From a virus (taxonomy: Duplodnaviria > Caudoviricetes), in the IMG/VR virus record IMGVR_UViG_3300032294_001820, positions 1 to 63,242 of that record: DNA of 63,242 nucleotides; one strand, 5' to 3'. The notes under the pieces were generated by a model. The model was not told the origin of the DNA, ran no database searches, and worked only from the letters and a program-made list of their open reading frames with translations. Below are positions 55,923 through 63,242 of the stretch, piece by piece. The number at the start of each line of letters is the position of its first letter. The first letter of the stretch is position 1. The translations under genes and the position numbers were made by a program.

Positions 55923-57165
55923 AATGATTCTGTATTGCTTTCATAACTTGTAAAACTACTTGGGGCACTATGGCATTTCCGGCACATTTGATGGCTTCTT
56001 TCCGGAGCCAGTTGGCTTCTTTTCGGAGGTACGCTTCAATGTTTTCAGGCGTTTCTCCAGCCTCTCCAAGAGTGGTTCGGATATGTCGCACCAGTTCTTC
56101 GGAAAGCCCATCATATCCAGAGTGAAAAGGTGACTGAGATGGCCAGTTTCCCCAGTAGTTACCTGAATGTAGTTTGGCAACTGGTCTATGTGGATTACCC
56201 GATTCGGGTCTTTCGATAGGTGTTCCGGGCTGTTCGCTCCCTTGATGTCCCGGGTTGCCGGGGTGGGAATTAGTCCTGCCACCAGCATATCCCCAAGTCT
56301 TGCCTGTCCCTCCACTCCATTGTTGCTCTGAACCCTCGGAGAATTTGCTTTCATTACTACCGGACGAGCCACATCTATTGATTCCGATTTCGTTGGGGTG
56401 GGCAGTAACCCCTGCATCCTCTCCATCAGGATTCCATTCATGGCTTCCTGTGCCAAGTTCCCCGAACTCCCCGAAACTCCCTTGCTGTTCATATTCTCCA
56501 TCAGGGCATCCTGAGCTCCCGGAGTTTTGAGAAGTCCCTGTACCTGCGTTGCAAGATTCGGCATTTTCGTGCCATTCGGATATTTCTCCATTCGCTTTTG
56601 GAATTGATCCAAATCCTGAACCTCTTCGCACCTCGTTGGAGTAAGCAACAATCCAGACTCTATCCCGGCGGTGCGGTGCACCTGTGGCACAAGCTGGAAG
56701 TACAAACGCCTGGACTTCGTAGCCTTCGCTTTCCAAGTCAAGGCACACCTGTTCGAATACCACTCCCCCTTCAATACTAAGTAATCCAGGCACATTCTCC
56801 CCAATAATGTAGTCCGGACGGATTTCTTTGATAAGTCTAAACATTTCTGGCCAGAGATGTCGAGAATCTTCTGAGCCCTCTCTTGCACCTGCAACTGAGA
56901 ACGGTTGACATGGTTAATGGAACCCACCGGTTGCGATAATTCCGCAAGTTGCCCAGTGGGTTCCAAATCGTTTAGAAAGTTCAGTGTTAATTGTGTCATA
57001 ATTTAGTGTATGAATATCTCCGTGATGATAAGCGTTTGGAAATCTTTTCTTTAATACTGCTTGAGGAAATGGTTCAATCTCACAGGTAACACCTGTTTCC
57101 CATCCCATTTCTTTTGCTGCAATAGAAAAACCTCCAATACCCTCAAATATACCTATATGAATCAT
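55903..57165 (-). pseudogene. C5 cytosine methyltransferase alpha chain, interrupted by an in-frame TAA at 56914-56916
   Basis: FEGIGG (motif I), GGF-H-*-PCQPFS (IV), ENVPG (VI), HRRDRVW (VIII) and GNAIVP (X) are all in one frame. Confidence 0.8.
55968..56999 (-). CDS. C5 methyltransferase beta-chain-like protein in an alternative frame
   Basis: 343 aa open inside the alpha gene; repeated L(L/P)TP units and motif IX-like LSHLFTLDMMGFPKNW, as in M.EcoHK31I-type two-chain enzymes. Confidence 0.75.
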   Translation of the reverse strand: MTQLTLNFLNDLEPTGQLAELSQPVGSINHVNRSQLQVQERAQKILDISGQKCLDLSKKSVRTTLLGRMCLDYLVLKGEWYSNRCALTWKAKATKSRRLYFQLVPQVHRTAGIESGLLLTPTRCEEVQDLDQFQKRMEKYPNGTKMPNLATQVQGLLKTPGAQDALMENMNSKGVSGSSGNLAQEAMNGILMERMQGLLPTPTKSESIDVARPVVMKANSPRVQSNNGVEGQARLGDMLVAGLIPTPATRDIKGANSPEHLSKDPNRVIHIDQLPNYIQVTTGETGHLSHLFTLDMMGFPKNWCDISEPLLERLEKRLKTLKRTSEKKPTGSGKKPSNVPEMP

Positions 57166-57596
57166 ATATCAATTTGATTAATTGCTGTATTGTTTTTATG
57201 CCACTCATGATGGCATTTTTGGCACAACCACATTACCTCAAGTGGTTTGCTGTAATCGCAATGGTGAGCCTGAATTCCACTACGACCATCAGAAAATACT
57301 TTGGTTAAGTTACATGATTCGCATTTGTTTGGGTTTATAAGAACTCCCCTTTTTATCGCTTTTTCAACAATATGTTGAACCCTTTTCTTTTTGGAATTAT
57401 CTGTTGCTGAAGACCTATAAAATGTATTTTCTTGACCAAACTTTATATTATCTCTGAAAAGGCATCCTCTTCTTTTTAGAATAATATGCATAGCCTGCCT
57501 TGTAATACCGTAATATATAGCACAATCACTTATGCTCATGCCAGAATTATACAACTCAACAGCATTGTCGTATTTTTTACTTTTTAATCTGCCCAT
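57162..57596 (-). CDS. HTH-HNH endonuclease-like protein
   Basis: N-terminal HTH; CESC...AHHCDYSKPLEVMWLCQKCHHEWH. A TAACTTTG box lies at 57601-57608. Confidence 0.75.
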   Translation of the reverse strand: MGRLKSKKYDNAVELYNSGMSISDCAIYYGITRQAMHIILKRRGCLFRDNIKFGQENTFYRSSATDNSKKKRVQHIVEKAIKRGVLINPNKCESCNLTKVFSDGRSGIQAHHCDYSKPLEVMWLCQKCHHEWHKNNTAINQIDI

Positions 57597-57654
57597 GCCA
57601 CAAAGTTAATATAAAGTTGTCAGTATGCAAACCTTATTTATATTATTTGCATAC

Positions 57655-57942
57655 CTATTTACTCCCAATTATCTTCTCTACATCAAAACATTTATCATTA
57701 TCAACGAGGAATCTAAACTCCTCAAAGGTCAGTAAGTTTGGCTCATGGTTAAGTCCGTAATTAGGACTACTTATGCGATACCCACGACTTACGCTTACAT
57801 AGTGCTTTCCTGCTTTTAATTCAGCCTGAATACCGAAGCAATCAAGGAAGAACTTGTGTTGGTCATGGTTATTTATTGCCACCACAATAGGCATTTCTGA
57901 ATCCCGAAAGTAGGATAATATTGTCGCTGATGGGTTAGTCAT
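57655..57942 (-). CDS. Hypothetical protein
   Basis: 95 aa with an ATGA overlap. Confidence 0.6.
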   Translation of the reverse strand: MTNPSATILSYFRDSEMPIVVAINNHDQHKFFLDCFGIQAELKAGKHYVSVSRGYRISSPNYGLNHEPNLLTFEEFRFLVDNDKCFDVEKIIGSK

Positions 57943-58346
57943 GGTCTTGGAATAATAAATTCAGCGTCATAAATCCTAATTACCTCTTTAATGTATTCTT
58001 TGGCAACATATCTGTTTTTTGCAGTGTGGTAGTTATCATTGTAAAAATAACAAATATGTACTTCTGCTTTTGCATTATGAAATGCTTTTACTCTATACTG
58101 ATTCCTTGGATTAAACCTCGCATAAAAGTGTCTGCATTGTTCATTGTCCAATCTAAATCCGTAGCATTTCTGAACATGGTCGAAAAACTGCTCTCTTTGA
58201 CTATCATTCATTCTGTGATAATGCCTTTCAGAGAAATCATCAAAACACATTGAACGGGCAATAGGTCTTTCAGGAATAACCGATTCCGCTAAAAACATAA
58301 GTTCAAAAAAGTCAATTACAAATCCTTCGCTATTACTCATACTCAT
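57939..58346 (-). CDS. Hypothetical protein
   Basis: 135 aa with an ATGA overlap. Confidence 0.65.
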   Translation of the reverse strand: MSMSNSEGFVIDFFELMFLAESVIPERPIARSMCFDDFSERHYHRMNDSQREQFFDHVQKCYGFRLDNEQCRHFYARFNPRNQYRVKAFHNAKAEVHICYFYNDNYHTAKNRYVAKEYIKEVIRIYDAEFIIPRP

Positions 58347-58645
58347 TTCAATTTAATTATTCCCAAAACAAACATACTACAAACACGGTTAATTTCCGTG
58401 CTTAACTTCAATTTCTCTTCATTACTCTCCCCACATTCTACCTGTAACGAGCCAAACGCTGTTTCGGTTACAAGTTTATAGCCTCCATCAATCTTATGAA
58501 TCTCCCCAACCTTAACTCCATTGAGTTCTACAAGTATTGGATTCAGGCTCCTGTGATATTTGATATTCATTCCCATAACATTTGCTCCGTATTCGTCAAA
58601 AAACTCACTTACTAACTGCCATAAAGTTTCAAATTCAGATTTCAT
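58343..58645 (-). CDS. Hypothetical protein
   Basis: 100 aa following dnaB. Confidence 0.6.
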   Translation of the reverse strand: MKSEFETLWQLVSEFFDEYGANVMGMNIKYHRSLNPILVELNGVKVGEIHKIDGGYKLVTETAFGSLQVECGESNEEKLKLSTEINRVCSMFVLGIIKLK

Positions 58646-58651
58646 GACAAA

Positions 58652-60157
58652 TTAAAATGGAGATTCTTCTGTGTCTGAAGAACTTGGTTCAATAAACTTA
58701 TCGCTTGGTGAAAATGGTTGATGTTTATACTCTTGGGAGTTGTTGTTTGCGTACTTAACATACTGCCCAAATCGAATGTAGGCTTTATCAAACCTTGTCA
58801 TTACAGCCCCTGTTTTGCCATTCCTATGCTTTGCTACATGAAGTTCAGCCATATCAACAGAAGGAGTTTCTCCATCTGTCATCATTTCCTCTTTATAGTA
58901 TTCAGGTCTATGTGGGAATATTACCATATCAGCATCCTGCTCAATGGCACCTGATTCACGCAAATCAGACAACATTGGTATATTGCTACCTTTCCCCCTG
59001 CTTTCAACTGACCTATTCAACTGAGATAGCATAATCACAGGAATATCACACTCCTTTGCAATTACTTTTAGGTTACGGCTTATAAAGGATATTTCCTGCT
59101 CTCTGTTTCCGCTAAAGTCATTTCCAGCATTCATCAACTGCAAATAGTCTAAAATCAAAAGTTTAATCCCAAAGTCATGAACCATTCTTATTACCTTAGC
59201 CTTTAACTCAAAAATACTAATCCCTGCTGAATCGTCAATGTGAATAGGCAAATCCTTAATTGACATTGCAACTTCCTTGAATTGATTAAACTCATACTGA
59301 TTCAACTTTCCAGACCTAATTTTTTCAGATTCTACCTCTGATTCCATTGATTGAATTCTAAATGTCAATTCGCCATAACTCATTTCCAAACTAAAAACAG
59401 CAACCGGATACTTTGCCTTACTCGCTGCTAAAGCAAAAAACAAAGCAAGTGCAGTTTTGCCCATTCCAGGTCTTGCCCCAATTACGATAAGATTCTGTTT
59501 CTGCCATCCAGAAGTAAGTTCATCCAATTGGAAAAATCCTGTTGGTATTCCCGTAACACTTGCTGTAATTGCCATTCTCCTTGACAATTCGTCAATATTT
59601 TCTAATGTAATCCTCTCAAAAGAAACTGAACTTCGCTTGTATAGGGATTGAATAAGGGAAAATGTTTGAGATTGCAAATGGTCTAAAAGTTCAAAAGCAT
59701 CTACAAATGGATCAAAACCCATGTTTTTAATATCATTTCCTATTCTTATCGCATCCCTGACTATATGTTTTTCCTGAATAGTCTTTGCCTGATATTCAAT
59801 ATTTGTTGGATTAACAATGTTATTCCCTAATGAAACAATAAACTGAATACCTCCGACATATTCAAGTTTTCCGGTAGATTTTAATTTTTCAACAACGGAA
59901 ATCAACTCAATTGGTTGGTTTTCCATAAACAGCAATTGACATACTTCGAAAATTATGCCGTATTTCTCAAAATAAAACCACCTCTTGTCCAAAGCAGACA
60001 TAATCTGAGGTATAGTGTCAGGATAGTAAACTAATGCCGTACAGATGATTATTTCGGATTCTTCGCTGTATGGAGGAGTTAACCCTGCAACAAAAGCGGA
60101 TTGGTCAATTTTTGGCTTTTCTTCTTGGTAGCCTTTTTTTCTTCTATTATTGTTCAT
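58652..60157 (-). CDS. dnaB: Replicative DNA helicase DnaB
   Basis: GARPGMGKT, FSLEM, DYLQL, SQLNR, SDLRESGAIEQDAD and KHRNG motifs. Confidence 0.97.
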   Translation of the reverse strand: MNNNRRKKGYQEEKPKIDQSAFVAGLTPPYSEESEIIICTALVYYPDTIPQIMSALDKRWFYFEKYGIIFEVCQLLFMENQPIELISVVEKLKSTGKLEYVGGIQFIVSLGNNIVNPTNIEYQAKTIQEKHIVRDAIRIGNDIKNMGFDPFVDAFELLDHLQSQTFSLIQSLYKRSSVSFERITLENIDELSRRMAITASVTGIPTGFFQLDELTSGWQKQNLIVIGARPGMGKTALALFFALAASKAKYPVAVFSLEMSYGELTFRIQSMESEVESEKIRSGKLNQYEFNQFKEVAMSIKDLPIHIDDSAGISIFELKAKVIRMVHDFGIKLLILDYLQLMNAGNDFSGNREQEISFISRNLKVIAKECDIPVIMLSQLNRSVESRGKGSNIPMLSDLRESGAIEQDADMVIFPHRPEYYKEEMMTDGETPSVDMAELHVAKHRNGKTGAVMTRFDKAYIRFGQYVKYANNNSQEYKHQPFSPSDKFIEPSSSDTEESPF

Positions 60158-60998
60158 TTGTCAGTTGTGGTGGTGGTGGATTAAAAAATATTGTTTGACT
60201 TTTAATTTCTTCTGCTACCTTTTCTCGTTTGCGAATATCTGCAATAACAGGGCTGTTTTTTACAGATAGTGCCTCCCTTGCGTTTTTCATCACCCAAGAC
60301 TTACGCAAAACCGATTCATCTCGGACATATAACTCTTTCCCGCAATATCTGTCATTCTGTGCTTTGTAGAGGTCAAGTTGAATTATCATTTCATGAAGCA
60401 TAACCTTACCAAATTCCTTCAATAGTTTATCGTAATCCTGCCTTCTTAGGTAAACTAATTCATTTCCAAGTTTAACCTGCTCCTTTCCATCTTCCTTCAT
60501 CTTAGCCAAAAACTCTTCCTCGCTTAAAAAGTTTTTCTTTTTTCTTTTAGGTGAAACTTTGTTTACAGGTAAACTTTGTTCTTCTTGGGGTAAACTTTGT
60601 TTACTCAATAAGATTATAGAAGAATTATTTATACTATGTATATCTTCTTTTAATATATTATTGGGTAAACTTAGTTTACTCCTTTCGTTAACTTTGTTAA
60701 CCGGTAAACTTAGTTGACCGGTAAACTTAGTTAACCCCTCCTGATTTACCATTAACCATCCTTGTTCATTCTTAATCAGTAAGTTACGCTCAATAAGTCT
60801 CTGAATTGCTTTCAACAAACCTACCTTGCTCATGCCGAACTCTTCCGCAAGTCTTAACTTACCTACATAGCACCATCCTGAACCATTTTGGTCATACTCT
60901 GAAAAGTATCTAATCCTTTCAAGCAATCCAGCCTCAACAAAGGAAATGTTTAATTCCTTCATCAAAGCCAGATTGACCATTACGAATGATTCTTTCAT
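60147..60998 (-). CDS. Replication initiator (lambda-O-like, N-terminal wHTH)
   Basis: GWCY...LAEEFGMS...IQRLIERNLL HTH, internal iterons, upstream of dnaB. Confidence 0.75.
   Translation of the reverse strand: MKESFVMVNLALMKELNISFVEAGLLERIRYFSEYDQNGSGWCYVGKLRLAEEFGMSKVGLLKAIQRLIERNLLIKNEQGWLMVNQEGLTKFTGQLSLPVNKVNERSKLSLPNNILKEDIHSINNSSIILLSKQSLPQEEQSLPVNKVSPKRKKKNFLSEEEFLAKMKEDGKEQVKLGNELVYLRRQDYDKLLKEFGKVMLHEMIIQLDLYKAQNDRYCGKELYVRDESVLRKSWVMKNAREALSVKNSPVIADIRKREKVAEEIKSQTIFFNPPPPQLTNEQ
60552..60735. repeat. Iteron array / putative replication origin
   Basis: Seven GTAAACTTWGTTWAC-like quasi-palindromes (60552, 60569, 60590, 60665, 60687, 60704, 60721) around an AT-rich gap at 60605-60664. 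Confidence 0.8.
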
Positions 60999-61267
60999 TA
61001 ATTTACCAATGTTTCATATTCAATCCGATATGATTTACGGCAATCGCTCGGAAGGTCATTTTGTTCACTTGTCAACTGACCAAGCAATTGATACATAATT
61101 GATAAATTTTGGTCATTATCTTCCATTGCAAACAAAAGGAACGGATAATCAAAATCTAAATCACCATACTCATAAAGACAAACTAATGAATTTGTTTTTC
61201 TTTGTTTTTTGAATTTATGCACTATTAATGTGCATGCATCATGAACTGCTTTTACTGAATCTTCCAT
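60998..61267 (-). CDS. Hypothetical protein
   Basis: 89 aa, first gene of the replication operon. Confidence 0.6.
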   Translation of the reverse strand: MEDSVKAVHDACTLIVHKFKKQRKTNSLVCLYEYGDLDFDYPFLLFAMEDNDQNLSIMYQLLGQLTSEQNDLPSDCRKSYRIEYETLVN

Positions 61268-61280
61268 AACTTTCCTTAAA

Positions 61281-61400
61281 CTAAAAACCCCCGAAACAAG
61301 TGGTGGAAGGCACTCGTTTCAAGGGGTTCGTTTTCCCATGAAGAAGGAAATTTCTTGTATCTGCTTCCACACAGATTTAATCTAATACACTACAAACTTA
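61281..61400 (-). ncRNA. Three-hairpin kissing-loop leader RNA of the replication operon, with its promoter box
   Basis: TAAGTTTG box at 61393-61400; loop GTGGAAG (61364-61370) is complementary to loop CTTCCAC (61303-61309) of a terminator-like stem. Confidence 0.6.
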
Positions 61401-61402
61401 AA

Positions 61403-61792
61403 CTATTTTTTTTCCAAATCAAAATGATACTCGTCCTCGTCCTGAATCATCCAAGCTCCTGTACAGGCATCAACTATTAACGAAGGAATACCGAAAAAGT
61501 TTACCATCGGAATGAAACACATACCAATATTGGCAACAGCATACCCAGCCCTTACCTGCCGATTAGTCCTGATTTGAGCCGTTTCGTAGCCATCAGCCTT
61601 GACTATAATAGTGTTTTTCTTCTTCTTTTGTACCTCAACAGTGCAGGTTCCTTCGCCTACCTTGTTTCCGTTAATGAAGACTTTTGCGTTCTCAGGCTTA
61701 GTGTAGATTGTAATATCTTGCCTTGAACCTGTGGTGATTGTAGCACATCCTGTAAAGAATGCCAATGCTAAAATTAATGTAACTTTTCTCAT
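61403..61792 (-). CDS. PEGA-domain lipoprotein
   Basis: Lipobox FFTGC; ITIYTKPENAKVFING...VKADGYE. Confidence 0.8.
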   Translation of the reverse strand: MRKVTLILALAFFTGCATITTGSRQDITIYTKPENAKVFINGNKVGEGTCTVEVQKKKKNTIIVKADGYETAQIRTNRQVRAGYAVANIGMCFIPMVNFFGIPSLIVDACTGAWMIQDEDEYHFDLEKK

Positions 61793-61818
61793 AATGTTTT
61801 TGTGTTTATGAAGGTTCT

Positions 61819-61843
61819 AACGACAACTATTTATTTAGGTTAC
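61819..61843 (-). promoter_or_regulatory. ECF-sigma-like promoter GTAAC-N16-CGTT
   Basis: Upstream of the lipoprotein gene. Confidence 0.55.
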
Positions 61844-61854
61844 ATTTTTAATCA

Positions 61855-61975
61855 AAAATAAAAAACCCTCGAAACAAACGCTGCAAGTCATTTATTCCAA
61901 GGGTGCTTAAAAATTGGGGGAAGTCCTAAAAAAATTCCAGTTAATCAAGGAACCTCCCCCTTTCACCAATTAAAC
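61855..61975 (-). ncRNA. Candidate small RNA ending in an intrinsic terminator
   Basis: Promoter elements at 61980-62011, a GGGGGAGG/CTTCCCCC stem, then ACCCTTGGAATAAATG/CGTTTGTTTCGAGGGT plus a U-tract; no ORF. Confidence 0.45.
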
Positions 61976-61979
61976 CAAG

Positions 61980-62101
61980 CAAATATACGAGTATTCCAGA
62001 TGGAAGGTTACAAAAAACATTAAATTATTGGTTACTCTATTTACTCAAATTGAGTTTATTGAGTTTCCTTTTTCTGTAACTTTCAGATTCGTTGAGTCGT
62101 A
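61980..62101. promoter_or_regulatory. Divergent ECF-like promoters plus TATATTTG box
   Basis: GTAAC-N17-CGTA at 61986-62011 (minus) and 62076-62101 (plus); TATATTTG at 61980-61987 (minus). Confidence 0.6.
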
Positions 62102-62111
62102 TAGGGAGATT

Positions 62112-62405
62112 ATGGATATAATAGAACCAAGAAAACCAAAGAGAGTACAAGCACCGGAAGGATGTTCAATGTATTTAACGCCCGGAAAAGTTTATGATAT
62201 TGTCAAAGTTCATGAAGTTGAATATTCAGAAATGCTTGGATATTTACTTACAATTATAAATGATTTAGGAAGCGAAACCGCCACAAACGAAAAAAAATCA
62301 TACCACCTAAACTGTCAAGATTGGATTATAATTGAGCGAGAAGGTGATATATGGCTTGATAAAATCATTGGAAAGATTAAGAACTACTTTAAAAACCACC
62401 TATGA
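62112..62405 (+). CDS. Hypothetical protein
   Basis: Likely start MDIIEPRK at 62112, just after the promoter motif. Confidence 0.65.
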   Translation: MDIIEPRKPKRVQAPEGCSMYLTPGKVYDIVKVHEVEYSEMLGYLLTIINDLGSETATNEKKSYHLNCQDWIIIEREGDIWLDKIIGKIKNYFKNHL

Positions 62406-62848
62406 GAACATCAGAAACTCCGTTTTACCTACTAATCGTAGCAATACTATTCGGTTGGGGATTTAGCATATCACAGCACCTTAGAGTATCAAAAGAACTC
62501 AAACAAGAACGGCAAGTCCGAGAGTTCAGAGATTCCCTGTGGTTTAGTTACCACGAAATAGACTCCCAAGTTCAGGTACTCCTTACGGGAAATCCAGATT
62601 CTCAAATGATTTATAAGACAATCGTTAGTGAATCAGGAAACTTCAATTCGCCTCAATTCAGGAAAAACAGGAACTTATTTGGCTTCCACAATGGCATAGA
62701 GTATATTTACTTTGATCATTGGAAACAGAGTTTTTCTAAATTTATGAATCAGTTCTACTGCGACATTCGCCAAGGAGAATCATATTGTGCTATGATGCGT
62801 AGGAGGAAGTTTGGAAGCAATGGAGTGGTAGATTATTGTATGGATTAA
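62402..62848 (+). CDS. Membrane-anchored glucosaminidase (GH73)-like protein
   Basis: N-terminal TM; IVSESGNF...NRNLFGF...YFDHWKQS resembles the glucosaminidase / lysozyme-like core. Confidence 0.6.
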   Translation: MRTSETPFYLLIVAILFGWGFSISQHLRVSKELKQERQVREFRDSLWFSYHEIDSQVQVLLTGNPDSQMIYKTIVSESGNFNSPQFRKNRNLFGFHNGIEYIYFDHWKQSFSKFMNQFYCDIRQGESYCAMMRRRKFGSNGVVDYCMD

Positions 62849-63242
62849 CCCCTATCAATACTCAAAAACACCCTTCTGCCTTTGAGCATTTCAGGGAGTA
62901 TCCTACCAACTAAAGCCATTAAAGCATTCGTGCTATCTGTTACGGTATCAGTACCTACTCCATTACCAGGAGCAAGACAACCCAATAACTCAGAAGGCTT
63001 ATTCGCTATGTGTATTCTGATTCCATCACGACCCGGAACATTCAATACCAACAACATAATTTGCCTGAAAGCAGGACTCCAAGTCAAGGTCAATTCATAC
63101 CTGCCTGGTAATATAGCCTCACTTTCATTTACATTTGCCGTAGCGGTATTATCTCTGGTATTCTTACCTGTATATGGTCTTTCAAGAATGTAGCATTGGC
63201 GAACATTACTATTGCCAATAAACAATTCTGAAATACTACTAT
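62845..63242 (-). CDS. C-terminal part of the DUF5675-like putative lysin
   Basis: AILPGRY...SPAF...VPGRDGIRIHIANKPSELLGCLAPG motif. Confidence 0.75.
   Translation of the reverse strand, partial: SSISELFIGNSNVRQCYILERPYTGKNTRDNTATANVNESEAILPGRYELTLTWSPAFRQIMLLVLNVPGRDGIRIHIANKPSELLGCLAPGNGVGTDTVTDSTNALMALVGRILPEMLKGRRVFLSIDRG
63115..63242. repeat. Terminal direct repeat, right copy (imperfect)
   Basis: Matches 1-128 with 9 mismatches at 63190-63213. Confidence 0.95.

Noticed and set aside
56914-56916. Stop-codon reassignment or selenocysteine in the methyltransferase
   Set aside because: The stop is TAA, the most common stop here. It is an extra codon beside an intact Cys, and other genes translate cleanly with code 11.
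1-63242. Integrase / lysogeny module
   Set aside because: No ORF shows tyrosine- or serine-recombinase catalytic motifs. XRE genes alone do not show a temperate lifestyle.

Overview
The window looks like an essentially complete, circularly permuted ~63.1 kb dsDNA tailed-phage genome. The two ends share a 128-bp repeat, and one gene runs across the junction. The host is probably Bacteroidota, because TAnnTTTG promoter boxes precede many operons and most leaders are A-rich without a Shine-Dalgarno. The left 38 kb (minus strand) is a podovirus-type, crAss-like virion and lysis module: large terminase, portal, scaffold, major capsid, three ring/adaptor-like proteins, a 1550-aa tail muzzle-like protein and a 2506-aa polyvalent cargo protein. 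The right 25 kb holds small early genes, RecE/RecT, RuvC, three DNA methyltransferase loci, DnaB and a lambda-O-like initiator with internal iterons. I saw no DNA polymerase, RNA polymerase, integrase, tRNA or CRISPR array. The most striking observation is an integron-like cassette system on the phage. Three gene cassettes (45997-46803, 46804-47134, 49070-49902) each end in an attC-like hairpin whose ...AAC core is the reverse complement of that cassette's own GTT... start. They sit at two conserved attI-like pads (IHF-like box, N23, TTGCGTA, N6-7, TTG^TT) located exactly at stop codons of phage genes. Their ORFs run antisense to the attC, and two of them start inside it. Other highlights: two small basic genes nested in an alternative frame of the giant cargo gene, a dual-frame C5 methyltransferase with a His-stop insertion in its catalytic motif, two kissing-loop leader RNAs, an 8-copy ECF-like promoter motif and an unannotated histone-H1-like peptide. 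All protein family calls come from motif recognition by eye, not database searches.
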